Under the pieces are notes generated by a model. The model saw only the letters and a list, made by a program, of their open reading frames with translations, had not been told where the DNA came from and made no database searches. A DNA stretch of 64,000 nt from Candidatus Kapaibacterium sp. (lineage in GTDB: Bacteria; Bacteroidota; Ignavibacteria; Kapaibacteriales; UBA2268): positions 2,873,100 through 2,937,099 of the forward strand of contig OY762428.1 of the NCBI GenBank assembly GCA_963665665.1, written 5' to 3'. A program made the translations under genes and the position numbers. Of the stretch, positions 28,801 to 36,124 are shown in pieces (the first letter of the stretch is position 1; every line of letters starts with the position of its first letter).

Positions 28801-31058
28801 GGGATAGCCTCTACAAAACCAATAACATAATCCTTCGCTGTCCTGACTGCATATATCATTATCTGTACGCCTTTGGCAGCAGTCTCGAAGTAATTGCCAA
28901 TCAGCTTCAATACATCTCCAAGATTCTGAAATGTTCCGGCAGATTCATTTGAAACACCGGTCAGGCTCAGGAAAGTCTCAATGATAGTCGTTACATATGA
29001 AATGGCAATTTCAACCGGAGCAATAAGCATCTCAAATATCAGTTCACCGTATTTTATCAGATAGCCGACTACTTCTTCGCCCATATCAAGAAATCCCTGT
29101 ATTGCAGGCTGAGCCCTGTCCCAAAGTTCCTCTGCTGCATCGCCCCATCTTTCAAGTATCTGCTGTCCTTTTTCTGTCTTGGTCAGGAAGAGTGTTATAC
29201 CTGCCACTGCTGCAGCTGTTCCAAGCACCCAGGGATTTGTCATCATCGGTCCCAGCTTTGCAAGAATACCACCGCTCGACTGCATCTGTGCCGATAATCC
29301 TTTTAGTATCCCTCCGGTTTTATTGGCATTTTTGAATAGCGAAGTGAACTGTCCGGAAATTCCGGATAGTTGAGCTTTGATTTTATCTGCAGGAATGATA
29401 TTTCCTATCTGTCCGAATGTCATTACCATCGGGGCTATCTGATTTGATAAGGCTAACACTTGAGTAAAACCATCGCCGACAGCTCCGAAAAATTTAAAGA
29501 ATCCTGCTTCTATCTTATTTAAAACTCCCTGTACTTTGACACCAATCCCTTCATTTGCAATATCAAAAGCCCTCTGGGTAGAACCGATAGCATCAGTGGT
29601 ATAAGTGCTGAGAACATCTGCAAATTTCTCAGCATTTTCTCCTGACAAGGCAAGAGCGGCACCAGCAGCTTCAACAGAAGAGAAGACCTGGTTAGCTCTT
29701 AATCCTGTCTCAGACATTGCCAAACCGAGTTTTTCAAGAGATACCTGTAAACCGTCTTTCTGCAATGAATCAAGTGAAACGCCAGCCTTTTCCATAATTG
29801 GCGCTAATGTAGCTCCCGGTTTGGCAAGTTCGACAAGGGCAGCACGAATCTGTGTTGTCGCCTGGGCAGTTGGAACGCCCTGCTGTGTCATAGTGGCAAT
29901 GGCAGCCGTTACCTGCTCGAAAGATACCCCGAAAGATGCGGCTGTTGGAATCACATTGGATAATGAAGCATTGAGTTCGGGAATTGTGGTAACACCATTG
30001 TTCACAGTGTTGAAGAGGATATCAGAATATCTTTCTGCCTGATCCATAGATTCGCCATAGGCATTCAGGTTGGCAGCCAGTGATTTTATTGCAGCGTTAG
30101 TATCGGTAAGGCCTGCAACGGCAAGCTTCGAAGCCTGCTCAACAAAACCCATACCTCCGGCAACATCAGCAATACCGTTGGTAACTTTAATAGCTCCTGC
30201 TGAGATAGCATTATAAATACCTTCGGTAACACCGGCAACGGTATCAGGAACTCCGGAAGCAAGTTCTATAGCTTTATCCCGGAACTCTTCAAAGTTCTTT
30301 ACACCGAGTGTTCCGATATTGCGGAGTTGTTTATCAAATTCCTTGTAGGGTCCGATGAATCTTTCAAAGGCATCTGTGATCTGCTGGACTCCCTGAACAG
30401 CAAGCCCGAATGTAGCCATCTTCTCGCCAAAGCTTTTCCCTGTGTTCTGGGCAGTCATTCCCATGGATTTGAGTTTTTTCTCTGCCTGGGCTATTTCCTG
30501 TTCCAGTTTATTATAGGCATCAGAGCCTTGCTTGCCTGAGTTTTTGAGAGCCTGTAAAGCTAATTTCTGCTTGCCGATAAGCTGTTCTGTTTCCTGCTTT
30601 GCCTGAAAGAATGAATCTGCAAGCTTCTCAATTTCCTGATTGAATTTATCGGCATCAAGATTTTCGAGAGCTATGTCAATTTCAGCAATATTCTTATCAA
30701 TTCCGGATTGTTCAAGCTCCTGAAAAGCTTTTTCAATATCCGACAGATCAATTTTGTCAATCTCTTTCATGGCGGATTCAATGTCTTCAAGAGCTTTTTG
30801 TGCTTCATCGGTATTCAGGTCAACATCAAGGGCAGAGAGGACTTTTTCGAGGTCTTCAGCTCCGTTTTCTGCTTCCTGAAGGAATTGAACAAGTTGTTTG
30901 ATTCCCTGCTTTGCTTCGGAACTGTTAAAATCTATATCTGGATTGATATTGCTGAGGATATTTTCTACATCCTTTGCCAGCTTTTCTACTTTGGATTTGT
31001 CTGATTTCAGGTCAACCAGAAAATCCAGCACAACTTGAAAATTCTTCTGCATTGCCAA
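25890..31058 (-). CDS. phage tail tape measure protein (1722 aa)
   Basis: TP901-type TMP core (LRNIGTLGVKNFEEFRDKAIELASGVPDTVAGVTEGIYNAISAG), long coiled-coil middle and hydrophobic segments. An ATG at 31052 is a likely alternative to the TTG at 31058. Confidence 0.9.
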   Translation of the reverse strand: MAMQKNFQVVLDFLVDLKSDKSKVEKLAKDVENILSNINPDIDFNSSEAKQGIKQLVQFLQEAENGAEDLEKVLSALDVDLNTDEAQKALEDIESAMKEIDKIDLSDIEKAFQELEQSGIDKNIAEIDIALENLDADKFNQEIEKLADSFFQAKQETEQLIGKQKLALQALKNSGKQGSDAYNKLEQEIAQAEKKLKSMGMTAQNTGKSFGEKMATFGLAVQGVQQITDAFERFIGPYKEFDKQLRNIGTLGVKNFEEFRDKAIELASGVPDTVAGVTEGIYNAISAGAIKVTNGIADVAGGMGFVEQASKLAVAGLTDTNAAIKSLAANLNAYGESMDQAERYSDILFNTVNNGVTTIPELNASLSNVIPTAASFGVSFEQVTAAIATMTQQGVPTAQATTQIRAALVELAKPGATLAPIMEKAGVSLDSLQKDGLQVSLEKLGLAMSETGLRANQVFSSVEAAGAALALSGENAEKFADVLSTYTTDAIGSTQRAFDIANEGIGVKVQGVLNKIEAGFFKFFGAVGDGFTQVLALSNQIAPMVMTFGQIGNIIPADKIKAQLSGISGQFTSLFKNANKTGGILKGLSAQMQSSGGILAKLGPMMTNPWVLGTAAAVAGITLFLTKTEKGQQILERWGDAAEELWDRAQPAIQGFLDMGEEVVGYLIKYGELIFEMLIAPVEIAISYVTTIIETFLSLTGVSNESAGTFQNLGDVLKLIGNYFETAAKGVQIMIYAVRTAKDYVIGFVEAIPELFSVLMDYAQYYLNPVNWISGDEEFENELSNRLNKAISGAMVKANATIAESKMDFALQNAMELKDDLDKNKKLDELVAKFQSAKTEIQKYNIAKELAKEVPNAVNGYKEIIDENGKVVQAIDLNIDKVKEYTKANEESYSNKLKSEQDAFAEALQEKVELYQKVSQEAENLANQIVEGLKKGEDVSDIKLKYSKLTQELKSQTLEMSKSLEDGAKIDIEFDKIKLPDKVEQQFSKQLYQLRNKAEDIVDVQEKSKKEAEAQAAAVDKLAEAWDNATSNVEKNLKSQLSAANEIYKQLQNKALSDEERKELKEQYNEAIRNLKDQAKEKKNLDKIDELNQIRAGLIVRQGKSALELAKEQADIKTKSLDLEMQNYEYVQKEKLLAEERKADDYDELLINQKQLETIKNQRLAWIEALKAKKLIGDVTSDGEIIFHAKVKEADKTEIRSVIQDFNEKILKEQAKIQELKLKLKADDLDMQDKLKELEQKKIDWEISIGIKDEDIYEGVVEEYQSKLSGLRDAIKSSNNEIIELNRQMNEELAQVSGENAEQEKERIRIQYGLKVRELRNQNLNLQNEEFETMQAIKDLEDRIYQSKLDELKKFEEGRIKEIEDKYKKEEELLNRFNEIYSSAGEKKISSDKDDALKKIESDEKAKIAELEKWRDMEAISAEEFEKRKAEIEASGRKKRAEKEEKYAKQQTIIESQRNGLELELQRRKDEENLNLQRQSLQDQLALLAEKAKAFDEAGKPIFDSKADREAYESLSSQLQNTESLLSQKADSIGLLVGGLQTTVTDSLTNLFAADPEAAAENWRKFFGQLAGMLQAKASAFVLDLILSPGTMEYLSALPFPANVVSIPVITAVVNAAVKAVTDPVISSILSFSSGGRIDEPTFALIGDATTLGGRNREWIFRDDQLIATVQMASAGANSQLLSEIRSLKAILAGQELKTTLKGSDIDIALKRSLNMRNKRGR

Positions 31059-31091
31059 CTCTTTCGTAAATATGGCAATGTATTTGATAGA

Positions 31092-31120
31092 TGTGTATGA
31101 TTACAGGTATTTAATGCTTG
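31092..31120 (-). promoter_or_regulatory. phage promoter-like bipartite element, copy A (weakest)
   Basis: Transcribed strand: CAAGCA-N17-TACACA. It shares AATACCTGTAAT with copies B and C and lies about 35 nt upstream of the tape-measure start. Confidence 0.35.
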
Positions 31121-31139
31121 AATTAAATACAATTTATTC

Positions 31140-32432
31140 ATGATTATAATAAGAAAGATGAATAAACCTATACAGCTGTGGGAATATGATGAAATAACTG
31201 ATCCAAATTTACTTGAGATTCTTAAAAAAGAAATAAAAAAGAAAGAGTCTCATTATAAGGATTATTTTACTTTATCTTGGGGAAGCACTTTTAAACCCAA
31301 TGGATACTGTGGATCTTTTGCATTCAATGGAGAAACTTATAGCATCTTACCAAAAATTGAAGGAAAAGGAGATGATGACTGGGATGATGTAAGGAACCTC
31401 TCCTATCTTACTTATATGTTTCTAAAAGCCGAGAATATTGATTTAAAAAATGAAGACATTAGCAATGCTATGAATAGGGAAAGGCTTTCACTCTATGATG
31501 TCTTAATAAAAATATTTACGAACAAATTGCTACCAGAACTGCAAAAAGGTATTCATCGTGAATACGTAAGCAAACGTGATAATGTTAATAAGATCAAAGG
31601 CCGTTGGCTAGTTAGAAAGCATATTACAAAGAATTACTTCAATGAGAAAATATATTGTGAATTTGATGAGTTTTCCGAAAATAACCGGTTGAACAAGTTG
31701 TTTCTTTATGCCGCAAAAGTACTTAAACCACAAAGCCAAGAAACCAGGAAAGACTTGAGAAGAATTGAGTTGGTTCTTGACGAAGTTGAATATGAAGTAA
31801 TAGATGTAAAAAAATTCAATTATTCATTTCATCGAATGAATAAACGCTTTGAGAAATCAGCAAACCTTGCGTTATTATTACTTCGTTATTTACTCCCAAA
31901 CTTTTCTGGTGGGAGTAAGAATAGTTTTATATTCCTATTTAAAATGCACGATGTATTCGAAAGATTCATTGCTAATATTCTTAAGGATTTGGAGCCTGAG
32001 TTGGACGACAGAGAAGTATTAATTCAGCCCCCAAAATATGATAAAGATAACGATTTAAATATTAAACCTGATATGGTAATAAAGAAAGATGATCGGGTAG
32101 AATTAATTATTGATACGAAATATAAGCTTTTTACAGGTAATCCTACACCAGGAGATAAATATCAGATGTATGCTTATGGTATGAGTTATGATTTTCAAAA
32201 TAATAGAAATCGCTCTATTCTTCTTTTGTACCCTGAGAAAGAAGGGAATGAACAAAAAGAAAGAGATTTTCATTTACAAGGAAATGTTGATGAAAGCCAT
32301 GTTGATCTTTATGTCGAGAAGATAAATGTTAAGACTGATAGTAAGATTGTAGGTTTTGATCAATATATTAGTGATATAAAAGATAGATTGAAAGAAATTA
32401 TTGAATCACAAATAAATAGGTATAAAAAATGA
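31140..32432 (+). CDS. mcrC: McrC-like PD-(D/E)xK nuclease subunit of a type IV (McrBC) restriction system
   Basis: 430 aa. The C-terminal nuclease motif IKPDMVIKKDDRVELIIDTKYK fits D..D-x-K. Four-nt overlap (ATGA) with the following McrB-like gene. Confidence 0.75.
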   Translation: MIIIRKMNKPIQLWEYDEITDPNLLEILKKEIKKKESHYKDYFTLSWGSTFKPNGYCGSFAFNGETYSILPKIEGKGDDDWDDVRNLSYLTYMFLKAENIDLKNEDISNAMNRERLSLYDVLIKIFTNKLLPELQKGIHREYVSKRDNVNKIKGRWLVRKHITKNYFNEKIYCEFDEFSENNRLNKLFLYAAKVLKPQSQETRKDLRRIELVLDEVEYEVIDVKKFNYSFHRMNKRFEKSANLALLLLRYLLPNFSGGSKNSFIFLFKMHDVFERFIANILKDLEPELDDREVLIQPPKYDKDNDLNIKPDMVIKKDDRVELIIDTKYKLFTGNPTPGDKYQMYAYGMSYDFQNNRNRSILLLYPEKEGNEQKERDFHLQGNVDESHVDLYVEKINVKTDSKIVGFDQYISDIKDRLKEIIESQINRYKK

Positions 32433-34147
32433 AATTTGAAGAAAAAGTTTTACTGCTTATAAATAGTGGTAATTATAATTATTTGGCTAATAGTGATGAA
32501 TTCTATTTCGAAAAAGCAGTGGAGCAGTTTCGAACATTTATGAAATTTGAAATAGATGATAATGAAATCAATGAATTAATTAATGAATTTAATGAAATAA
32601 AAGGATTCAAAGAATATTTAGATCAACTCGACAATGATTCAATTAAGTATAAACTTTTTAACCTTTTAGGTAAAGTAATTGCTCATATTGATTATCATGC
32701 TGCAAATAAATATGAATTAAACAGTTACAATGACAAGAGGGTTATTGCAAAATCAATGGTGAGACAAACCGACTGGATTAACCATTTACTAAAATATAAA
32801 TTATCAAACAACTTAAATGTTTTTTCAGAATCCACTAAAAATGCAGTTCTTTATTTAATGAACCCAGCTGAGAGAATAACCATTCTATCTGATAATCAAA
32901 GAAAAGCTATTTCAAAATCAATTCTTAAAACAACATATAACTCTGAATCATTTGACCAGGAGATTATCGAGAAAATCGGATTCCCCAAATCAAAAATTAT
33001 CAATAATGATAACATTGGCTATATAACTTCAATAATGCTCTATTCTGATTTGAAAAATTATTGGCAACCTGATGAACACAGTAATAATTTACAACTTAAT
33101 AACGACATAAAAAAAGAAAATCTCTATCCAAAAAATATCATTCTATACGGCCCTCCTGGCACTGGTAAAACTTATCTTCATAAATATTTGATAAATCAAC
33201 TTGAAAATTCTAAATCTGATTCTGATGTTTTCAAAGTAATTGATTCTCTTAAGAGTGTCCCAAAGGGTGAAAACTCTTTTATTGATGAGCTTGAAGATCG
33301 TTACGATTTTGTAAGTTTTCATCAGTCATATTCATATGAGGACTTTGTTGAAGGTTTTAGACCTGTCGCCCCAAAAAAGGTAAATATTAAAGAAAATGAC
33401 AGTGATGAAGGTAATACTTCAAGTTTAAATATAGAATTAAGAAATGGTATTTTCAAAAAAATGGTTGATAAGGCTAAAAATAAAAAAGAGAATTATTATC
33501 TGGTAATTGATGAGATTAACCGCGGTAATATTTCTAAAATCTTTGGCGAATTAATTACCTTAATTGAAGAAGATAAAAGGTTGGGAGCTAAAAATGAATT
33601 AAAAGTGTCATTACCATATTCTTCTGACAAGAACGAAATATTTAAAGATTTTGGAGTACCTAAAAATCTATTTATAATCGGAACTATGAATACAGCCGAT
33701 AAATCTATTGCTCAAATAGATGTTGCTTTAAGACGTAGATTTACTTTTGTCAGGATTGATCCCAGGCCGGATTTAATTGAGCCAAATCCTATTTCTAAAG
33801 AGGGATGGAAAAATTTAGATATTCGAGAAGAATATAAGTCAAATAATGATGATAGGAGCTATAAATGGACTACTGATCCAAAAGACCTACAAGAATGGTT
33901 TATCAACCTCAATATATTTATTGAAAGTAAATTAGGAAAAGACTATCTAATCGGCCATAGTTATTTCATGAAAGTTGACTCTGATCAAGAGTTACAGTTT
34001 GTTCTTAAATACAAAATCATACCTCTCATGGAAGAATATTTCTTTAATGAGGATAAAAATACTATTGAAGATATTGCGAAGTATTGTAGCATAAGATTGA
34101 TAGAGAAAGAATTAACAAATCAAAATGATGATAAGAGTCCTGACTGA
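32429..34147 (+). CDS. mcrB: McrB-like AAA+ GTPase subunit with uncharacterised about 225-aa N-terminal domain
   Basis: Walker A ILYGPPGTGKTY, Walker B LVIDEINRGNISKIFGELITLIE, McrB signature IIGTMNTADKS and ALRRRFTF. Confidence 0.85.
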   Translation: MKFEEKVLLLINSGNYNYLANSDEFYFEKAVEQFRTFMKFEIDDNEINELINEFNEIKGFKEYLDQLDNDSIKYKLFNLLGKVIAHIDYHAANKYELNSYNDKRVIAKSMVRQTDWINHLLKYKLSNNLNVFSESTKNAVLYLMNPAERITILSDNQRKAISKSILKTTYNSESFDQEIIEKIGFPKSKIINNDNIGYITSIMLYSDLKNYWQPDEHSNNLQLNNDIKKENLYPKNIILYGPPGTGKTYLHKYLINQLENSKSDSDVFKVIDSLKSVPKGENSFIDELEDRYDFVSFHQSYSYEDFVEGFRPVAPKKVNIKENDSDEGNTSSLNIELRNGIFKKMVDKAKNKKENYYLVIDEINRGNISKIFGELITLIEEDKRLGAKNELKVSLPYSSDKNEIFKDFGVPKNLFIIGTMNTADKSIAQIDVALRRRFTFVRIDPRPDLIEPNPISKEGWKNLDIREEYKSNNDDRSYKWTTDPKDLQEWFINLNIFIESKLGKDYLIGHSYFMKVDSDQELQFVLKYKIIPLMEEYFFNEDKNTIEDIAKYCSIRLIEKELTNQNDDKSPD

Positions 34148-34231
34148 AGAGATGTTTTATCAAAAATTGAGCAACATCATAATCCAAATGAATCAAGAAA
34201 AAAACTTACTATACTAAATAATCAATTTAAA

Positions 34232-34507
34232 TTGGAATATGGATCCCCAAAAAGGGAATTTCGAAGTAAAAAGTTTGACAATGAAAACGAATTAATAATA
34301 TATTTAGCATACTTTCTCGAAAATGCTTATTGGGAAGAGATTAAAAGTGATAAACAAAATAAGACAAAATTTGAAATAAAACTCTCAAAAAATGAAGTTT
34401 TTGGAACAGGTTATTATGGATCTAAAGTTGATATTAATAAAACGAAAAAAGGTTTCAAAGCTGTATTAAATAGTCTAAAAATAATTGGATTAGACATGAA
34501 AAGGTAA
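34232..34507 (+). CDS. hypothetical protein, in the same frame as mcrB
   Basis: 91-aa ORF with a TTG start. The frame is open back to the mcrB TGA at 34145-34147. No family recognised. Confidence 0.4.
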   Translation: MEYGSPKREFRSKKFDNENELIIYLAYFLENAYWEEIKSDKQNKTKFEIKLSKNEVFGTGYYGSKVDINKTKKGFKAVLNSLKIIGLDMKR

Positions 34508-34523
34508 ATTAAAATAAACAGTT

Positions 34524-34549
34524 AGCAGAGCTTCGGCTCTGCTTTTTTA
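34524..34549 (+). terminator. rho-independent terminator closing the McrCB island
   Basis: AGCAGAGC-ttcg-GCTCTGCT followed by T6. Confidence 0.75.
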
Positions 34550-34879
34550 TTTACTAATCATCTGCTCAATACTATTCATCCCCTCCAAAAACAAACTCTG
34601 CCTAACTTCATTGTGTTTAGTAACATCCCCCTTAGCCAGAGCAGTAAGATACCAAATACCGATTCTCGCCCGGCTGAGACGGTGATAAAGTTCTCCGGGA
34701 TTGAAGCAGTTCTCTATTTTTTCCTGCTCCTCGATCAGCCTTCTTTGTCTAAGCTCCCTTGTACTGTCTTCTGAAAAATCGGCAACAACATTTCTATCCC
34801 GTTCTTCTTTCTTTCGCCTTGCAAGATCGCTGATACGAGAGGTTTCTTCCCGATACCGGTAAAAAAATCCGATACGCAC
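34547..34879 (-). CDS. -1 frame extension of the tail assembly chaperone (GT-like)
   Basis: Overlaps the 3' 145 nt of 34735..35208 in the -1 frame, with a slippery run at 34861-34867. The predicted fusion is about 220 aa. Confidence 0.65.
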   Translation of the reverse strand: MRIGFFYRYREETSRISDLARRKKEERDRNVVADFSEDSTRELRQRRLIEEQEKIENCFNPGELYHRLSRARIGIWYLTALAKGDVTKHNEVRQSLFLEGMNSIEQMISK

Positions 34880-35208
34880 TCCTTCAGGTTATTCAGGTGC
34901 TTAATAGGAAGTGATTTTATGAATTGTTCGGTTTCTATTTCTGCTTTGTCCTTGTTGAAAGGCTGTTTGGCATTATCTTTCATTTCTCTAAGCAGGTAAC
35001 GGGCAACAATAGTCAGCCATTCCGCCCCTCCGGATTTTACAATCTGCCTGAAAGATTCCGCTCCGGCCTGCAACTGATTATACTTGAATTCCCCGGCTTC
35101 CCGGGCAAGTTCCGCCTGCTCAATAGTCAATTGGTAGAAGTCATATTTATATTTCTTTCCTTCATACTCAAATGTTTTTGCCTCGATCGGCTTGTGTTCT
35201 TCATTCAT
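34735..35208 (-). CDS. tail assembly chaperone (G-like, zero-frame product)
   Basis: 157 aa. It overlaps a -1 frame ORF and, in phage gene order, sits upstream of the tape-measure gene. Confidence 0.7.
   Translation of the reverse strand: MNEEHKPIEAKTFEYEGKKYKYDFYQLTIEQAELAREAGEFKYNQLQAGAESFRQIVKSGGAEWLTIVARYLLREMKDNAKQPFNKDKAEIETEQFIKSLPIKHLNNLKECVSDFFTGIGKKPLVSAILQGERKKNGIEMLLPIFQKTVQGSLDKEG
34861..34867 (-). promoter_or_regulatory. -1 programmed frameshift slippery heptamer T_TTT_TTT
   Basis: The zero frame reads GAT TTT TTT ACC and the -1 frame reads GGA TTT TTT TAC. Both frames were verified by hand against the two ORF translations. Confidence 0.65.
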
Positions 35209-35711
35209 TAAAACAGTACTCCTAACAGTGCTTTAGTAAAATAGTTAGTTCTGATTATCAGCCTCGGGCGGTATTCAATGCTCTCGATCTCAAGATTCAG
35301 AACCGGGTTCCTCAGTTCTATCCACATTCCCTTGTTCTTACTTGTATTGATGTATCCAGATGACGGTGGATTAATGCTCGAATCGCCAAGCATGAGAATG
35401 AAATGATAATATTTAACTCCCGGCGACCAGATGTTGTTCAATTCCTGTATTATGTCAGGCTCTCCATCCGGAACATTAATAAGAAGATTATGGGCAATAT
35501 ATACAGTTACTGTGATTATGTATCCCAGAGTCCTGTTGTTCCTGTAATGATCCTGTCTCGTGACCGGAACAATGCTATATGAACTTTCGGCCTCAATATT
35601 ATGTATATATATTATATCCTCGATTCCGTCGCCATGCTTACAAATCCGGACACCGTTTATCGGTATCAGATTGATTTTTCCGGCAATATCTCTGAAATTT
35701 ATCGTCGCCAT
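35208..35711 (-). CDS. phage tail structural protein (tube-like position), hypothetical
   Basis: 167 aa, immediately upstream of the chaperone pair. Call rests on position only. Confidence 0.4.
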   Translation of the reverse strand: MATINFRDIAGKINLIPINGVRICKHGDGIEDIIYIHNIEAESSYSIVPVTRQDHYRNNRTLGYIITVTVYIAHNLLINVPDGEPDIIQELNNIWSPGVKYYHFILMLGDSSINPPSSGYINTSKNKGMWIELRNPVLNLEIESIEYRPRLIIRTNYFTKALLGVLF

Positions 35712-35713
35712 AA

Positions 35714-36124
35714 TTATACCGGCTCCGCATAGCTGAATAAAAATGATATTTCCCTTAGTTCCTTGATCTCTTCGATATAGCTGAGAGGAAACCGCCCGGA
35801 TTCAGTCATAACCTGCACATAATCGCCCCAAGTGTCACTTTTATTTAATGCTATATACTTGAAGCCGGCTGACCAGAAATCCTGCAAGAATGCCAGTATA
35901 TCGGTATCTATTTCATCTGCAGATATGATCACTTCAACCTCTTTATGCTGATACAGTAGATGATTGAACTTTCTGCCATTAAGAAGGATTCCCTGTTCTT
36001 CGGAAGTATTGACAATTGGATCAGCACATTTCACTGTCTCGAATACATTCTGATTTGCTCCCTCTTCATCAAAAGTAAGACTGCTTAATTTGGTATCGCT
36101 ATATTTTAAAGCTATCTCTATCAT
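35714..36124 (-). CDS. phage structural protein, hypothetical
   Basis: 136 aa. Tightly packed within the tail operon, with a 4-nt overlap with the upstream gene. Confidence 0.4.
   Translation of the reverse strand: MIEIALKYSDTKLSSLTFDEEGANQNVFETVKCADPIVNTSEEQGILLNGRKFNHLLYQHKEVEVIISADEIDTDILAFLQDFWSAGFKYIALNKSDTWGDYVQVMTESGRFPLSYIEEIKELREISFLFSYAEPV

Noticed and set aside
34145-34147. TGA recoded as a sense codon (genetic code 4 or 25) as an explanation for the in-frame stop after mcrB.
   Set aside because: TGA clearly terminates other well-defined genes here, for example mcrC at 32430-32432 and the first ORF at 646-648. Long ORFs are intact under the standard code.
31121-34520. Short AT-rich similarity (AATTAAATACAA vs AATTAAAATAAACA) at the two edges of the McrCB island, considered as target-site duplication.
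   Set aside because: The match is imperfect, very AT-rich and only about 12 nt long, so it cannot be distinguished from background in this composition.
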